This document shows positions 29,903 through 41,126 of a stretch of 64,000 bases of DNA, in pieces. The position numbers and the translations under genes are program-made. The stretch's first letter is position 1; every line of letters begins with the position of its first letter. Source of the stretch: an uncultured Nitrospiraceae bacterium (lineage in GTDB: Bacteria > Nitrospirota > Nitrospiria > Nitrospirales > Nitrospiraceae). Below the pieces are notes generated by a model. The model worked only from the letters and a program-made list of their open reading frames with translations, had not been told where the DNA came from and did no database searches. The stretch lies in the NCBI GenBank assembly GCA_963846575.1, contig CAWJWJ010000002.1, forward strand, positions 1,696,001 through 1,760,000. Direction: 5' to 3'.

Positions 29903-31378
29903 ATGAAGAAGCGCTCTCGCACGTCCCGTACCAGCCCGGCGACCAACGGCCGCGACAACTCCCTGGCGATCAGCACTCGTATGGAACGCGACACCATGGG
30001 AGAATTACCGGTTCCGTCCAACGCCTATTACGGTGTTCAGACGGCCCGCGCGATCGAAAATTTTCCTATCAGCGACCTGCGCGTCCCACGCGCGATGATC
30101 CGGGCTATGGGACTGATCAAAGGTGCCGCCGCCGATGTAAACTACTCGCTAAAACTCCTGGAGAAGAAACCGGCCGAGGCCATCAAGCGTGCCGCCACTG
30201 AGGTGGTCGAGGGGCGCCTCGATGCCGAATTCCCCGTTGATATTTTCCAAACCGGTTCCGGCACCTCGACCAACATGAATACGAACGAGGTCATTTCCAA
30301 TCGGGCGACTGAACTACTCGGCGGAGCGAGAGGAAGCAAACTGGTGCACCCGAACGATCACGTCAATCTTGGCCAATCAAGCAATGACGTGGTTCCCACC
30401 GCCATCCACATTGCCGCGTCAGAAGCGATTCAGCGCCAACTCATCCCAGCGCTCACGCGGCTTCATCAGGCACTCAAGGCAAAAGCCCGCGAGTTCGACA
30501 AAATCGTGAAGATAGGACGTACCCATCTGCAGGACGCAACGCCGGTACGGCTGGGGCAGGAATTCGGCGGTTATGCCAGGCAAATCGAGCTGGGCATCGC
30601 CCGTATGAAACGGGCTCAGGCAGCCCTGAGTGAAGTCGCGCTCGGTGGGACTGCAGTCGGCACCGGACTCAACTGCCATCCGAAATTTGCGACCAAGGTC
30701 CTGGCCATCATTGCCAAAGAAACCGGTTGCTCATTTCAAGAAGCGGTGAACCATTTCGAGGGACAGTCAGCGCAAGACTCCCTCGTTGAAGCCAGCGGAG
30801 AATTACGCACGTTGGCAGTGAGTCTCATGAAAATTGCAAACGACATCCGCTGGCTGGGATCCGGTCCACGCTGCGGGCTCGGTGAGATCAATCTTCCGGA
30901 GACACAACCGGGATCGTCCATCATGCCGGGAAAGGTCAATCCCGTCATTGCTGAATCCGTGACCATGGTGTGCGCCCAGGTCATCGGCAACGACGTCACG
31001 ATTACGGTCGGAGGGCAGGCCGCCAACTTTGAACTGATCGTCATGCTGCCGGTGATGGCCTATAACCTCTTACAGTCAATCGAACTATTAGCCGCTGCAT
31101 CCACGAACTTTGCGGCGAAATGTATCGACGGCATCAAGGCAAATGAGGAACGCTGCAGAAGCTTGATCGAACAAAGCCTCGCCATGTGCACGGCGCTGGC
31201 TCCGGTGATCGGTTATGAAGCTGCCGCCAAACTGGCAAAAGATGCCTATAAGTCGGGCAAGACCGTCAGGGAAGTGGCGCGCGAACAAAACGTCCTCCCG
31301 GAGAAGCGGCTCACCCAACTTCTGGATCCCTGGCGCATGACTCAGGCGGGGGGACCGGTCGGAAGCGCAGGGGGGTAG
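29903..31378 (+). CDS. fumC: Fumarate hydratase class II
   Basis: QTGSGTSTNMN, HPNDHVN.GQSSND, GRTHLQDATP, PGSSIMPGKVNP; GAGGAG RBS before ATG 29903. Confidence 0.93.
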   Translation: MKKRSRTSRTSPATNGRDNSLAISTRMERDTMGELPVPSNAYYGVQTARAIENFPISDLRVPRAMIRAMGLIKGAAADVNYSLKLLEKKPAEAIKRAATEVVEGRLDAEFPVDIFQTGSGTSTNMNTNEVISNRATELLGGARGSKLVHPNDHVNLGQSSNDVVPTAIHIAASEAIQRQLIPALTRLHQALKAKAREFDKIVKIGRTHLQDATPVRLGQEFGGYARQIELGIARMKRAQAALSEVALGGTAVGTGLNCHPKFATKVLAIIAKETGCSFQEAVNHFEGQSAQDSLVEASGELRTLAVSLMKIANDIRWLGSGPRCGLGEINLPETQPGSSIMPGKVNPVIAESVTMVCAQVIGNDVTITVGGQAANFELIVMLPVMAYNLLQSIELLAAASTNFAAKCIDGIKANEERCRSLIEQSLAMCTALAPVIGYEAAAKLAKDAYKSGKTVREVAREQNVLPEKRLTQLLDPWRMTQAGGPVGSAGG

Positions 31379-31432
31379 CGGCCCGGGCGCATTTGAGCGG
31401 ACCCAAAGTCATCCGCCCGGACGCTGTGTGTT

Positions 31433-31462
31433 TTGACAGTCCGAGGGCCCCTATGCTAACGT
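31433..31462 (+). promoter_or_regulatory. Putative sigma70 promoter
   Basis: TTGACA-N18-TAACGT with a TG extended -10. Confidence 0.5.
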
Positions 31463-31524
31463 GCGCAAAATTTTTGATATGTATGCCGCCCGGCGGCGCA
31501 CCTTAAATGAGCTAGATTGAAGGA

Positions 31525-32901
31525 ATGACGATGAGTGGAACGGGTTCGAATCGAAGCGGGCATGTGATCATTGTGGTGGGAGCCGGTCCGGCCGGAATGG
31601 CGCTGGCGAAGAAGTTGTCGGATGCCGGCCACGAAGTCATCATTCTCAACCGTGACGTCAAGTTCGGCGGCTTGGCCGAATACGGCATTTTTCCCAGCAA
31701 ACTCAAGTTGCGCGGCGGATTGAAAAAGCAGTACTGGGAGATGCTGGAACAACCCAATGTGCATTACCTTGGGAATGTGTCGGTTGGTGAGGGGAAAGAC
31801 CTTACCGTTGAGGAGCTGCGCGGACTCGGCGCGAGTGCCATCGCATTTTCCATCGGCGCTCAGGGCACCAAAGCCATCGGTGTCGAGGGAGATTCCGCTC
31901 AAGGCGTATTCCATGCGAAGGATGTGGTGTACCACTTCAACCGGTTGCCGGGTTTCGGCGATCGCCCGTTCGACATGGGGAAACACGTCGCAATCATCGG
32001 CGTCGGCGACGTCATGGTCGACATTGCGCATTGGTTGATCCGCTATAAGAAGGTCGAGCGGGTCACTGCCATCGCCCGCCGCGGTCCAGCCGAACGAAAA
32101 TATAATCCCAAAGAAATTCGTGCCGTCTGTTCGAATATGGACACGGAGGGCATCGCGCAGGAGTTTGCACGCATCAAGGACCGGTTGGCGGCGGTGGGAC
32201 AGAATACCGACGAAATCCTGGCCAGCTTGACCGCCGAGTTCACGAAGTGTGAATCGACGGGCAGCCAATCCAAAATGAGCTTTCGGTTCTTGGCCTCCCC
32301 CAAGCGAGTGTTGGTCGACGCCAACAACCGCGTGCGCGCACTTGAGATGGAAGATAACAAGTTGGAGCCGAAGGGAGACGACACTGCCGCGGTCGGACTC
32401 AAACAGTATTACGAGTTCCCGGTGGACAGCGTCGTGTTTGCAGTAGGAGATCGGGTCGATGAAACCGTCGGGTTGCCCTACAAAAACGGCGTGTATGTCA
32501 CCAATCCCAACAAAACCGGAAACGACCCGGATGACGCCCTGTTTCAGGCCTATGATGACAAATCCGGAAAGATCATTGACGGTCTCTTCCTGGCCGGCTG
32601 GGCTCGCAAAGCCAGCGAAGGTCTCGTGGGGATTGCCAAGCGTGATGGTGATTGGTGCGCCGAAGTCATCGGCCGCTACTTGGCGACTAACGCCTCCCGT
32701 CCACGGGCAGCGATGGCTGACGTCATCACCAAACTCAACACCCTCTTGAAGGACCGGAAAAGTCAGCCGGTAGACCTTGACGGGCTCCGAATCTTAGAGA
32801 CAATCGAGAAAACCCATGCCGACTCCCCCGATGCCATCGGCGAATTTAAGTTTGCTTCGAACGCCGACATGTTAGGCCATATTGAGCGAGGTCGCAGGTA
32901 G
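31525..32901 (+). CDS. FAD-dependent oxidoreductase, adrenodoxin-reductase/FprA-like (probable ferredoxin-NADP+ reductase)
   Basis: VVGAGPAG, FGGLAEYGI, YLGNVSVG, IIGVGDV..DIA, ARRGP, FLASP, AGWAR...GLVG. Confidence 0.75.
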   Translation: MTMSGTGSNRSGHVIIVVGAGPAGMALAKKLSDAGHEVIILNRDVKFGGLAEYGIFPSKLKLRGGLKKQYWEMLEQPNVHYLGNVSVGEGKDLTVEELRGLGASAIAFSIGAQGTKAIGVEGDSAQGVFHAKDVVYHFNRLPGFGDRPFDMGKHVAIIGVGDVMVDIAHWLIRYKKVERVTAIARRGPAERKYNPKEIRAVCSNMDTEGIAQEFARIKDRLAAVGQNTDEILASLTAEFTKCESTGSQSKMSFRFLASPKRVLVDANNRVRALEMEDNKLEPKGDDTAAVGLKQYYEFPVDSVVFAVGDRVDETVGLPYKNGVYVTNPNKTGNDPDDALFQAYDDKSGKIIDGLFLAGWARKASEGLVGIAKRDGDWCAEVIGRYLATNASRPRAAMADVITKLNTLLKDRKSQPVDLDGLRILETIEKTHADSPDAIGEFKFASNADMLGHIERGRR

Positions 32902-32915
32902 CCCTCGCAACCTGT

Positions 32916-33776
32916 TCAGGCGTCACCCCATTTGAGTTTCTCCCGTAGCACCTCGTAATAACTGCTCTCAGGAAAACGAATCAGTCGGGTCAGGTATTCG
33001 GACACTTTGATTTCAACCGTATCACCTTGAGTCAAGGCGACGCCGACCTGACCATCAAGCGTGGCCATGGCTCCGTCATCTCTACTTGTCAGCACCACCT
33101 CGATATCGACATTGTCGGGAACGATCAAGGGTCGATGCGTTAACGTGTGTGGACAGACGGGGGTAAGAATCAGTGAGTGCACAGCCGGATTAATGATGGG
33201 ACCACCCGCCGAGAGTGAGTACGCCGTGGATCCGGTCGGCGTGCTGATGATCAGTCCGTCGCCCCGCAGGTTAGTCACAAATTGCCCTTGAAGGGCGATC
33301 TTCAACTCGATCATTCTGGCCAGCGTCCCTTTGCTGATCACCACGTCATTGAGAACGACGCCGCGGGCGACTGTTTCTCCATGACGATGCACGTGGGTTT
33401 TCAGCATGAGCCGCTCGTCAAGCACGTAATCATTGGCGAACACCCGCTCAAGCGACGGATACAAATTTTCGAGGATGACTTCGGTCAGGAATCCCAATCC
33501 CCCCATATTTACCCCGAGAATTGGAATGCCTCGCTCTCCGGCCAGCCGGGCAGCGTTGAGCATCGTTCCGTCACCCCCCAAGACGAGTAAGACGTCCGCC
33601 TTGCTCGCCAGCTGAGTTTTCTGAAATCCACCTTGCTCCCCGAGTAGCGTGGTCGAGGTGGTATCCAGGAGAACATCGATATGACGAGAGCGAAGCCACG
33701 TGACCACGGCCTGGACAGTGGTTTTGATTTCCGGAAACTTCGGTTTTGTGAGAATTCCGATGCTTTTGCTTTTCAT
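32916..33776 (-). CDS. nadK: NAD(+) kinase
   Basis: LGGDGTML, GVNMGGLGFL, LNDVV, DGLIISTPTGSTAYSLSAGGP. Confidence 0.95.
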   Translation of the reverse strand: MKSKSIGILTKPKFPEIKTTVQAVVTWLRSRHIDVLLDTTSTTLLGEQGGFQKTQLASKADVLLVLGGDGTMLNAARLAGERGIPILGVNMGGLGFLTEVILENLYPSLERVFANDYVLDERLMLKTHVHRHGETVARGVVLNDVVISKGTLARMIELKIALQGQFVTNLRGDGLIISTPTGSTAYSLSAGGPIINPAVHSLILTPVCPHTLTHRPLIVPDNVDIEVVLTSRDDGAMATLDGQVGVALTQGDTVEIKVSEYLTRLIRFPESSYYEVLREKLKWGDA

Positions 33777-33945
33777 AATAGATGAAACCGCGGCGGTGCT
33801 AGTTGAGGGCTGGCTGAAAGGTGGAGGATTCTATCGGGATGATTCTTTTCCTGTCAAACATGCGGCCGTATACGCAAACGCAGAGTCAATCCTTCAAAAA
33901 CTCATTCCAACACGCTTCGACGGACTCTGCCATTTCCTCAATACC

Positions 33946-33974
33946 TTGACACCCCAAATTGCTCTAGTTAGAAT
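33946..33974 (+). promoter_or_regulatory. Sigma70 promoter of clpC
   Basis: TTGACA-N17-TAGAAT. Confidence 0.7.
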
Positions 33975-34064
33975 CACAACATCAGAATTTTTTAAGCCTT
34001 TTGACGCGTATTTCTCTTTCAGCTAAGGCTTCTCTTACAGGCCCCATCACCATAAGGAGGCGGG

Positions 34065-36494
34065 ATGTTCGAACGGTTCACGGACAAGGGTCGCAAGATC
34101 ATCATCCTGGCACGTGAAGAAGCCGAGCGCCATCAGAATGACTATCTGGGCACCGAACACTTGGTGCTGGCCATCCTTCGAGAGACGGATGGAATTGCGC
34201 TAATGATCCTCAAAAAAATGGGGCTCTCGACGGAACAGATCCGGCTTGAAATCGAGCGGAATCTCCCGGGCGGCGGCACGACCATGACATTCGGGGAGAT
34301 TCCATTCAGCCCCCGGGTGAAAAAAGTCATCGAGTACGGGGTCGAAGAGGCCCGACTGCTCGGACATAACCACATCGGCAGCGAACATTTACTGCTGGGT
34401 TTGCTCCGTGAAGAGGAGGGTATCGGGGGGAAGATTCTCCGCAGTCTCGGGGCAAATCTTCTCACAGCCCGACAGCTCACCGTCACGTTTCTGCGAAAAT
34501 CTGCTCCCCGCGAGCGGGATCGCAAAAGCAATACTCCGGCACTCGACGAATTCGGTCGCGATTTAACTCAACTGGCTCAGGAAGGACAGTTGGATCCCGT
34601 CATCGGACGTGCCGATGAGATTGAACGGGTCCTCCAGATCCTCAGCCGTCGGTCGAAAAACAATCCCGTCCTCATCGGCGAATCCGGAGTCGGAAAGACT
34701 GCGATCGTCGAAGGGCTCGCGCAACGGATAGTCGCATCAGAAGTTCCGGACAATCTCCTCTCGCGACGGGTCATTGCACTGGACTTAGGCTCGCTCGTAG
34801 CTGGTACCAAGTACCGCGGACAATTCGAAGAGCGCCTGAAGGTCGTGATGAAGGAAATTGTTCAGGCCGGGAACATCATCATCTTCATCGACGAGCTGCA
34901 TACCCTCGTAGGAGCCGGAGCGGCTGAAGGATCGATCGATGCTTCCAATATGCTGAAGCCGGCACTGTCTCGCGGCGAAATCCAGTGTATCGGAGCAACG
35001 ACGCTGGACGAATACCGTAAACATATCGAGAAAGACGGTGCGCTCAAGCGCCGGTTTCAACCGATCCATGTGCAGCCTCCGAGCACGGATGAAACGGTTC
35101 GCATCATCCAGGGGCTGCGGGATCGGTATGAGGAACACCATGGCGTCGAGATCACCGAAGACGCCATCGTCGAAGCGGTCAAGCTGGCAGATCGGTACAT
35201 CACTGACCGATTTCTTCCTGACAAGGCTATCGACCTTATCGACGAAACGGGTTCACGCGCGAAGTTGCAAACCTATGCACTGCCGTCTGAGCTGAAGGCT
35301 TTGGAACAGGAACTGAAAAAGATCTCGCGTGAGAAGGAGTTGGCGATCTCGATGCAAAACTTCGAGGAAGCCGTCCGCCATCGGGAAGAAGAAGAGCGGT
35401 TGCGAAAACTGTTGGATGAATCCAAACGCGAGTGGAAGAAAAATCAGGAGAAGCACAAGCCGACCATCGGCAAAGAAGAAGTCGCCTATGTCGTGTCAAA
35501 AATGACCGGCATTCCGCTCTTCAAGTTGGAGGAAGAAGAGTCCAACAAGTTACTGCGAATGGAAGAGTTTCTCCACAAGCGGGTGATCGGGCAGAATGAA
35601 GCCATCTCGGCGGTGGCCCGGGCCATTCGCCGATCCAGAGCAGGCCTGAAGGAAGCCAAGAAACCGATCGGGTCCTTCATTTTCCTCGGCCCGACCGGTG
35701 TCGGAAAAACTGAGTTGGCGCGTACACTTGCTGAATTTCTCTTTAACAGCGAAGACGCCCTTATCCGCATTGACATGTCTGAATACCAGGAGAAATTCAC
35801 GAGTTCGAGGTTGTTTGGAGCGCCTCCTGGCTATGTCGGTTATGAAGAGGGTGGTCAGCTGACAGAGAAAGTGCGCCGCCGGCCGTATTCAGTGGTGCTG
35901 TTCGACGAAATAGAAAAAGCACATCCCGACGTATTCAACGTTTTGCTCCAGGTGCTCGACGATGGCGTCCTGACGGACAGTCTTGGAAGAAAAGTCGATT
36001 TCAAGAATACTGTCGTCATTATGACGTCTAACATCGGTACCAAGTTAATTCAAAAGGGTGTCTCGCTCGGGTTCCAAAATGACGAGAAGGGCGGGCAGCT
36101 CCTGCGTCGAAAGGAAGAAGTGATGGGGGAACTCAAACGTTCCTTCAGTCCTGAATTCCTAAACCGGATCGATGAAATCGTCATCTTCCATTCGCTTGAA
36201 AAAGAGCACTTGATCCATATCTTGGACATCCTGCTGCACGAGCTTAATCTCCGCCTCATCGAGAAGAGTGTTACAATCGAGGTCGATGACGAAGTCAAGC
36301 AGTGGCTCATCAAGGAAGGTTACGAGCCGCTCTACGGAGCCCGTCCGATGCGCCGCATCATCCAACGAGCCATCGGTGATCCATTATCAGAAGAACTCAT
36401 CAAGGGCCGGTTCAAAGAAAACAGGAAAATCAAGGTCGTGCTGCGCGATGGCGCACCGGCCTTCATCGAGCAGGAAGCCATGGCGAGCGTGTAA
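34065..36494 (+). CDS. clpC: ATP-dependent Clp protease ATP-binding subunit ClpC
   Basis: MFERFT Clp-N repeats; two AAA+ modules ([16 protein letters not shown]); UVR-type middle domain; LGF ClpP-binding loop. Confidence 0.95.
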   Translation: MFERFTDKGRKIIILAREEAERHQNDYLGTEHLVLAILRETDGIALMILKKMGLSTEQIRLEIERNLPGGGTTMTFGEIPFSPRVKKVIEYGVEEARLLGHNHIGSEHLLLGLLREEEGIGGKILRSLGANLLTARQLTVTFLRKSAPRERDRKSNTPALDEFGRDLTQLAQEGQLDPVIGRADEIERVLQILSRRSKNNPVLIGESGVGKTAIVEGLAQRIVASEVPDNLLSRRVIALDLGSLVAGTKYRGQFEERLKVVMKEIVQAGNIIIFIDELHTLVGAGAAEGSIDASNMLKPALSRGEIQCIGATTLDEYRKHIEKDGALKRRFQPIHVQPPSTDETVRIIQGLRDRYEEHHGVEITEDAIVEAVKLADRYITDRFLPDKAIDLIDETGSRAKLQTYALPSELKALEQELKKISREKELAISMQNFEEAVRHREEEERLRKLLDESKREWKKNQEKHKPTIGKEEVAYVVSKMTGIPLFKLEEEESNKLLRMEEFLHKRVIGQNEAISAVARAIRRSRAGLKEAKKPIGSFIFLGPTGVGKTELARTLAEFLFNSEDALIRIDMSEYQEKFTSSRLFGAPPGYVGYEEGGQLTEKVRRRPYSVVLFDEIEKAHPDVFNVLLQVLDDGVLTDSLGRKVDFKNTVVIMTSNIGTKLIQKGVSLGFQNDEKGGQLLRRKEEVMGELKRSFSPEFLNRIDEIVIFHSLEKEHLIHILDILLHELNLRLIEKSVTIEVDDEVKQWLIKEGYEPLYGARPMRRIIQRAIGDPLSEELIKGRFKENRKIKVVLRDGAPAFIEQEAMASV

Positions 36495-36726
36495 CCCGTA
36501 GCACTCTCCTATGGTCGGGGTCCAATCGTAGGTGATGATCCTGCATCAGTCGGCAACCCCCGCGGTCTTAACTTGGATCCGGGGGTTGTCGCATTTCATA
36601 ACGAATCAACGGATGAACCAATATGCAGCTTGAGCCTATCCTGTCGCACCCGCCGCCGTCGGATGGTTGGCATGTCCGTCTGCGCCCTGCGAGGACAGTG
36701 CCGACCCTGCGTATGCCGTCAGCTCT

Positions 36727-37797
36727 ATGAGGAGCCCTGGAACCCTCCCAGTTCAGGGCCCAATACTCGGTGTCGAAACCTCCTGTGATGAGACCGCCGC
36801 AGCGATTCTCGACACCAACGGTCACGTGCTGGCCAACATCATTTCCTCTCAGCACACCGTGCACGAGCGATTCGGCGGCGTGGTGCCGGAACTGGCGTCG
36901 CGCGCCCATATTCAAAATGTTGACGAGGTCATAAGACGAGCGCTTCAAGTAGCGGGACTTGCCTGGCAGGATCTCAGTGCCGTCGCTGTGACCCAGGGCC
37001 CCGGTTTGGCCGGCGCCCTCCTTGTGGGAATCAGTTACGCCAAATCGCTGGCCTATGCCTTGAACATCCCTCTGGTCGGCGTGAACCACCTTGAGGGGCA
37101 TATCGCTTCAGCCTGGATCGACCGGCCCTCCTTTCCTCGAACCTGCGTTGTGCTGATCGCCTCCGGCGGGCACACGCACCTCTTTCATGCCCGGGAGGAC
37201 GGCGCGTTTCGCCTGATGGGAAAAACCATCGACGACGCGGCAGGAGAGGCCTTCGATAAGGGCGCGCAGATGTTAGGACTTGGGCATCCGGGCGGCCCGC
37301 TTATTGACCGGACCGCTCGCAGCGGCCGTCCCGATGCCGTGCGGTTTCCCCGCTCGCGCGTCAAGACAGATCAGTTAGACTTCAGCTTCAGCGGACTCAA
37401 AACGGCCCTGCTCTACCATCTTCAGCAGATGACCACCCAGGCGATCGCTGACCAGCGTGCCGACCTCTCAGCCGGCTACCAGGAAGCAATAGTAGATGTG
37501 CTCGTCCGTCAGGCATTCGCGGCCGTGGAACGGGCGGGAGTCTCGGCGCTGGCCGTCGTGGGTGGCGTCTCCGCCAATTCGCGCTTACGGGCGAAGTTGG
37601 CGGCCCGAGCAACCGAAGAAGGCATTGAACTGGGTCTGCCGGCTCTGTCCTATTGCACCGACAATGCGGCGATGATTGCCGCTGCAGGCCGACAGGCACT
37701 TCTATGTGGACGAGTGGCCGGTTTCGATTGCGAGGCTAGACCCGATTTTACCTTACCCGTCTCAGCGGGCGGACCCGTCCTCATCACCGGGCTGTGA
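36727..37797 (+). CDS. tsaD: tRNA N6-threonylcarbamoyladenosine synthase TsaD
   Basis: LGVETSCDET, GGVVPELASRAH, HLEGH, SGGHT, DDAAGEAFDK, FSFSGLKT, CTDNAAMI. Confidence 0.93.
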   Translation: MRSPGTLPVQGPILGVETSCDETAAAILDTNGHVLANIISSQHTVHERFGGVVPELASRAHIQNVDEVIRRALQVAGLAWQDLSAVAVTQGPGLAGALLVGISYAKSLAYALNIPLVGVNHLEGHIASAWIDRPSFPRTCVVLIASGGHTHLFHAREDGAFRLMGKTIDDAAGEAFDKGAQMLGLGHPGGPLIDRTARSGRPDAVRFPRSRVKTDQLDFSFSGLKTALLYHLQQMTTQAIADQRADLSAGYQEAIVDVLVRQAFAAVERAGVSALAVVGGVSANSRLRAKLAARATEEGIELGLPALSYCTDNAAMIAAAGRQALLCGRVAGFDCEARPDFTLPVSAGGPVLITGL

Positions 37798-37822
37798 CAT
37801 TTACTTATCAAGGAGCAGGACC

Positions 37823-39517
37823 ATCTCAACCATTCACGGACAAGTCAGCGGACTGAAAGCCAGTCACCTCTCGGCGTTAGAGCGACTCTATCGGCGACGT
37901 GTACCGTCGTCGGTCATCATCACCAGTGAGCTGGCGCGCACCGCCTGCCAACTCACGCGGGACATCCGCCGACCCATCGGAATCTTGCTCACGCGGCGGG
38001 GCGTGGTGGAACAGGTGCTGGTGGGAGCCAGATGCGCTCCCACCCATGAATCGCTGACCAAATTCAGGGTCGGGCCACACTCTCTTCGCGGCCTACGATT
38101 GATCCGCACCCAGCTCGATAATACCCCGCTGACCCAGGAGGATTTGACCCAACTGGCCCTGCTGCGACTTGATATGGTGGGTGTGTTAGGAGTGGACGAC
38201 TCCGGCGAACCGAACCTCCTCCATTTAGGCCACCTCTTGCCTCCGAACCAGCAGAAGGAAGTCTGCCGGATCTTGCCGGCCGTCTCGTTCCATAACCTGG
38301 ATCTTGAATTTGATACCTTCATCCATACACTCGATAACGACCTCCTCAACTCGGATACGCGTCACGCTGTCGGCGACGGCAAGGAGTCGGCCATTCTTGT
38401 GAGTGCCGCGCCGAAAAGTCATGCCGAACAGGAAGAGCACCTGGAAGAGCTGAATGAACTTGCCGAGTCGGCCGGAGTGGTCGTCCTGGACCGGATTCTG
38501 CAGCGAACCCAGGAAGAGTACCAGCCGTTTCTCCTCGGACGTGGAAAACTCAAAGAGGTGGTCATTCGTGCACTCCAGCAAGGTGCCGAGTTGTTGATCT
38601 TCGATCAGGACTTGGCCCCCGCGCAGGCTCGCGCTATTTCCGAGGTGACCGATATTAAGGTCATTGATCGCACCCAACTCATCCTCGACATTTTCGCCCG
38701 CCGGGCGCATACCCGGGAGGGCAAAGTGCAGGTAGAACTCGCGCAACTCCGGTATCTTCTTCCGCGCCTCTCCGGGCACGGCACCTCGTTATCGCGACTC
38801 GGAGGCGGGATCGGCACGAGAGGGCCTGGTGAAACCAAACTCGAAACGGATCGCCGCCGCATTCGTGACCGCATAGCCCATCTGGAACGGGAAATCGAGC
38901 ATATGGCTCGTCATCAAGATCAACGCCGGTCGCGCCGGCTCCGGCAGGACCTGCCGATTCTTTCCATTGTCGGCTATACGAACGCCGGCAAATCCACGCT
39001 CCTCAACACGCTGACCCATAGCGATGTCCCGGCACAGAACCGTTTGTTTGAAACACTCGACACCACCAGCCGTCGCCTCCGATTCCCTCATGATCGGGAG
39101 GTCATCATAACCGATACGGTCGGGTTCATCAGGGATCTTCCCAAAGACCTCGTCGGCGCCTTCCGCACAACCCTCGACGAATTGCGGGATGCCGATATAC
39201 TCTTGCATGTGATCGATGCCACGGCTAAACAGATTGATCTGCAAATCACCGCAGTTGAAACAATTTTGCGCTCGCTCGAGTTGGACAGCATTCCCCGGGT
39301 GTTGATTCTAAACAAATGCGACCGGCTCTCTGTCCACGATTCCCTAGTACTGTGCGAGCGCTATCACGCGATCGGCATTTCTGCGCCTCACCGTGACTCG
39401 CTACGCCCGCTGATCACGCACCTTGAAAGTATGCTCCCCGCCATTCCAGCCCCCCCGGTTCAGGATGAAAACCCTGAACAGCCTCCCCCAAACCTGGCGC
39501 TTGCATCTCATTCCTGA
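37823..39517 (+). CDS. hflX: GTPase HflX with long N-terminal extension; apparent ATC start
   Basis: IDRTQLILDIFA, GIGTRGPGETKLETDRR, GYTNAGKST, DTVGFI, NKCD; AAGGAG RBS 7 nt before the in-frame ATC at 37823. Confidence 0.9.
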   Translation: MSTIHGQVSGLKASHLSALERLYRRRVPSSVIITSELARTACQLTRDIRRPIGILLTRRGVVEQVLVGARCAPTHESLTKFRVGPHSLRGLRLIRTQLDNTPLTQEDLTQLALLRLDMVGVLGVDDSGEPNLLHLGHLLPPNQQKEVCRILPAVSFHNLDLEFDTFIHTLDNDLLNSDTRHAVGDGKESAILVSAAPKSHAEQEEHLEELNELAESAGVVVLDRILQRTQEEYQPFLLGRGKLKEVVIRALQQGAELLIFDQDLAPAQARAISEVTDIKVIDRTQLILDIFARRAHTREGKVQVELAQLRYLLPRLSGHGTSLSRLGGGIGTRGPGETKLETDRRRIRDRIAHLEREIEHMARHQDQRRSRRLRQDLPILSIVGYTNAGKSTLLNTLTHSDVPAQNRLFETLDTTSRRLRFPHDREVIITDTVGFIRDLPKDLVGAFRTTLDELRDADILLHVIDATAKQIDLQITAVETILRSLELDSIPRVLILNKCDRLSVHDSLVLCERYHAIGISAPHRDSLRPLITHLESMLPAIPAPPVQDENPEQPPPNLALASHS

Positions 39518-39548
39518 CCGCTTCACAATTGGCCGCCATTCACGCATC

Positions 39549-40220
39549 ATGAAACAAGCTGTCGCCCATGCCCCTTCTGTCCGGACGCATAAAACCCGGA
39601 TCGCCAGAGTACTGACTGCGTTGCGATCATCGATGTCCGACATGAAGGTCGAACTTCACCACCGCAATCCATGGGAGCTGCTCGTGGCCACCATTCTTTC
39701 AGCTCAGTGCACTGATCAGCGGGTCAATCAGGTGACGCCGAACCTCTTTCGGCGATACCGCTGTCCCCGTGACTATGCCGAAGCGAGTCCCGCAGAGCTG
39801 GAGGCTTTCATTCGTCCGACCGGATTCTTCAAGACCAAAGCGAAGAATCTCATTCAGTGCGCTAAAGTCCTGACAGACCACTACGGTGAGCAGGTCCCAG
39901 ACAGCATGGAGACCCTCACGGCCTTGCCGGGGGTCGGAAGAAAAACCGCCAATGTCATTCTAGGCAATGCGTTCGGCAAGCCGGCAGTGGTAGTCGATAC
40001 GCATGTGAAACGGGTCGCGGGGCGGCTTCAGTTCACCAGACACACCGATCCGACCAAGATCGAATGGGATCTTCAAGAGTTGCTGCCAGAAAAACACTGG
40101 ACGGAAGCATCGCAACGGCTCCTTCTGCATGGGCGATATATCTGCCTGGCTCGATCACCGAAATGTGACCGGTGTGCGTTGTACACCGATTGCCATTGGG
40201 AGGGGAAGCAAACACGATGA
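39549..40220 (+). CDS. nth: Endonuclease III
   Basis: ILSAQCTD, LPGVGRKTANV HhH motif, VDTHV, CLARSPKCDRCALYTDC [4Fe-4S] motif. Confidence 0.93.
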   Translation: MKQAVAHAPSVRTHKTRIARVLTALRSSMSDMKVELHHRNPWELLVATILSAQCTDQRVNQVTPNLFRRYRCPRDYAEASPAELEAFIRPTGFFKTKAKNLIQCAKVLTDHYGEQVPDSMETLTALPGVGRKTANVILGNAFGKPAVVVDTHVKRVAGRLQFTRHTDPTKIEWDLQELLPEKHWTEASQRLLLHGRYICLARSPKCDRCALYTDCHWEGKQTR

Positions 40221-41095
40221 TTCGTAGCATGACCGGGTATGGGAAAAAAGACGATTCGTCAAAGGCGGCCGGCGTGACCGTGGAACTTCGATCGGTGAAT
40301 CACCGGTTCCTGGAAGTCGCCGTCAGAGTCCCGCGCTCCCTCGCCCAACTGGAAGATCCGATACGGAAAGCCGTTCAGCAGCGCTGTCTGCGCGGGCGAG
40401 TCGACGTATCCGTGATCGTACATAACAATGGCAGCGGGCTAAAGACCGTTCAAATCGACCAGGATCTAGCGAAGCAATACCATGCAGCCCTTAAGAAGCT
40501 GCAAAAAACTTTGGGCATGCGTGGGACGGTGGACATCTCCATGCTGGCCGGATTCCGGGATATCCTCTCCCTTTCTGATCAACCGGTCGACACGGAGCGT
40601 GTGACCAAAACGGTGTTACGTGTGCTCGGGGGCGCCTTGTCGGATTTGGACCGAATGCGTCGACGAGAAGGGGAGGCGCTTGCCAAAGACCTAGCGGTTC
40701 ACTTGCAGGCAATCCGAACTGCCAAGGCTGCAGTGGCAAAAAAGGCGCCGGAACTCGCTCGGGAGGCATTTGAACGGATGACACATCGGATTCAGGCTCT
40801 CTTGCAGGGGGAGCTTCCGGATCAGGCCAGACTCCAGCAAGAATTGGCAATATTCGCCGATCGTTCAGACCTTTCGGAAGAGTTGGTCAGACTCGAGTCA
40901 CATATGCTACAGTTCGACGAGACCCTGAAGAGCAAAGAATCGGTGGGGAAGACCCTTGAGTTCCTGCTGCAGGAAATGGGGCGAGAAGTAAACACCATCG
41001 GCTCGAAGGCGAACGACGCTGACATTGCCGCGCTGGTTGTCCGCATGAAAGCGGAGCTGGAAAAATTGCGTGAACAAGTTCAGAATGTGGAGTAG
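40217..41095 (+). CDS. yicC: YicC/YloC family endoribonuclease
   Basis: MIRSMTGYG, RSVNHRFLE, QEMGREVNTIGSK, EKLREQVQNVE; ATGA overlap with nth. Confidence 0.92.
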   Translation: MIRSMTGYGKKDDSSKAAGVTVELRSVNHRFLEVAVRVPRSLAQLEDPIRKAVQQRCLRGRVDVSVIVHNNGSGLKTVQIDQDLAKQYHAALKKLQKTLGMRGTVDISMLAGFRDILSLSDQPVDTERVTKTVLRVLGGALSDLDRMRRREGEALAKDLAVHLQAIRTAKAAVAKKAPELAREAFERMTHRIQALLQGELPDQARLQQELAIFADRSDLSEELVRLESHMLQFDETLKSKESVGKTLEFLLQEMGREVNTIGSKANDADIAALVVRMKAELEKLREQVQNVE

Positions 41096-41126
41096 GATCA
41101 GCTGTTGCGCCGGCACTGACTAAGCT

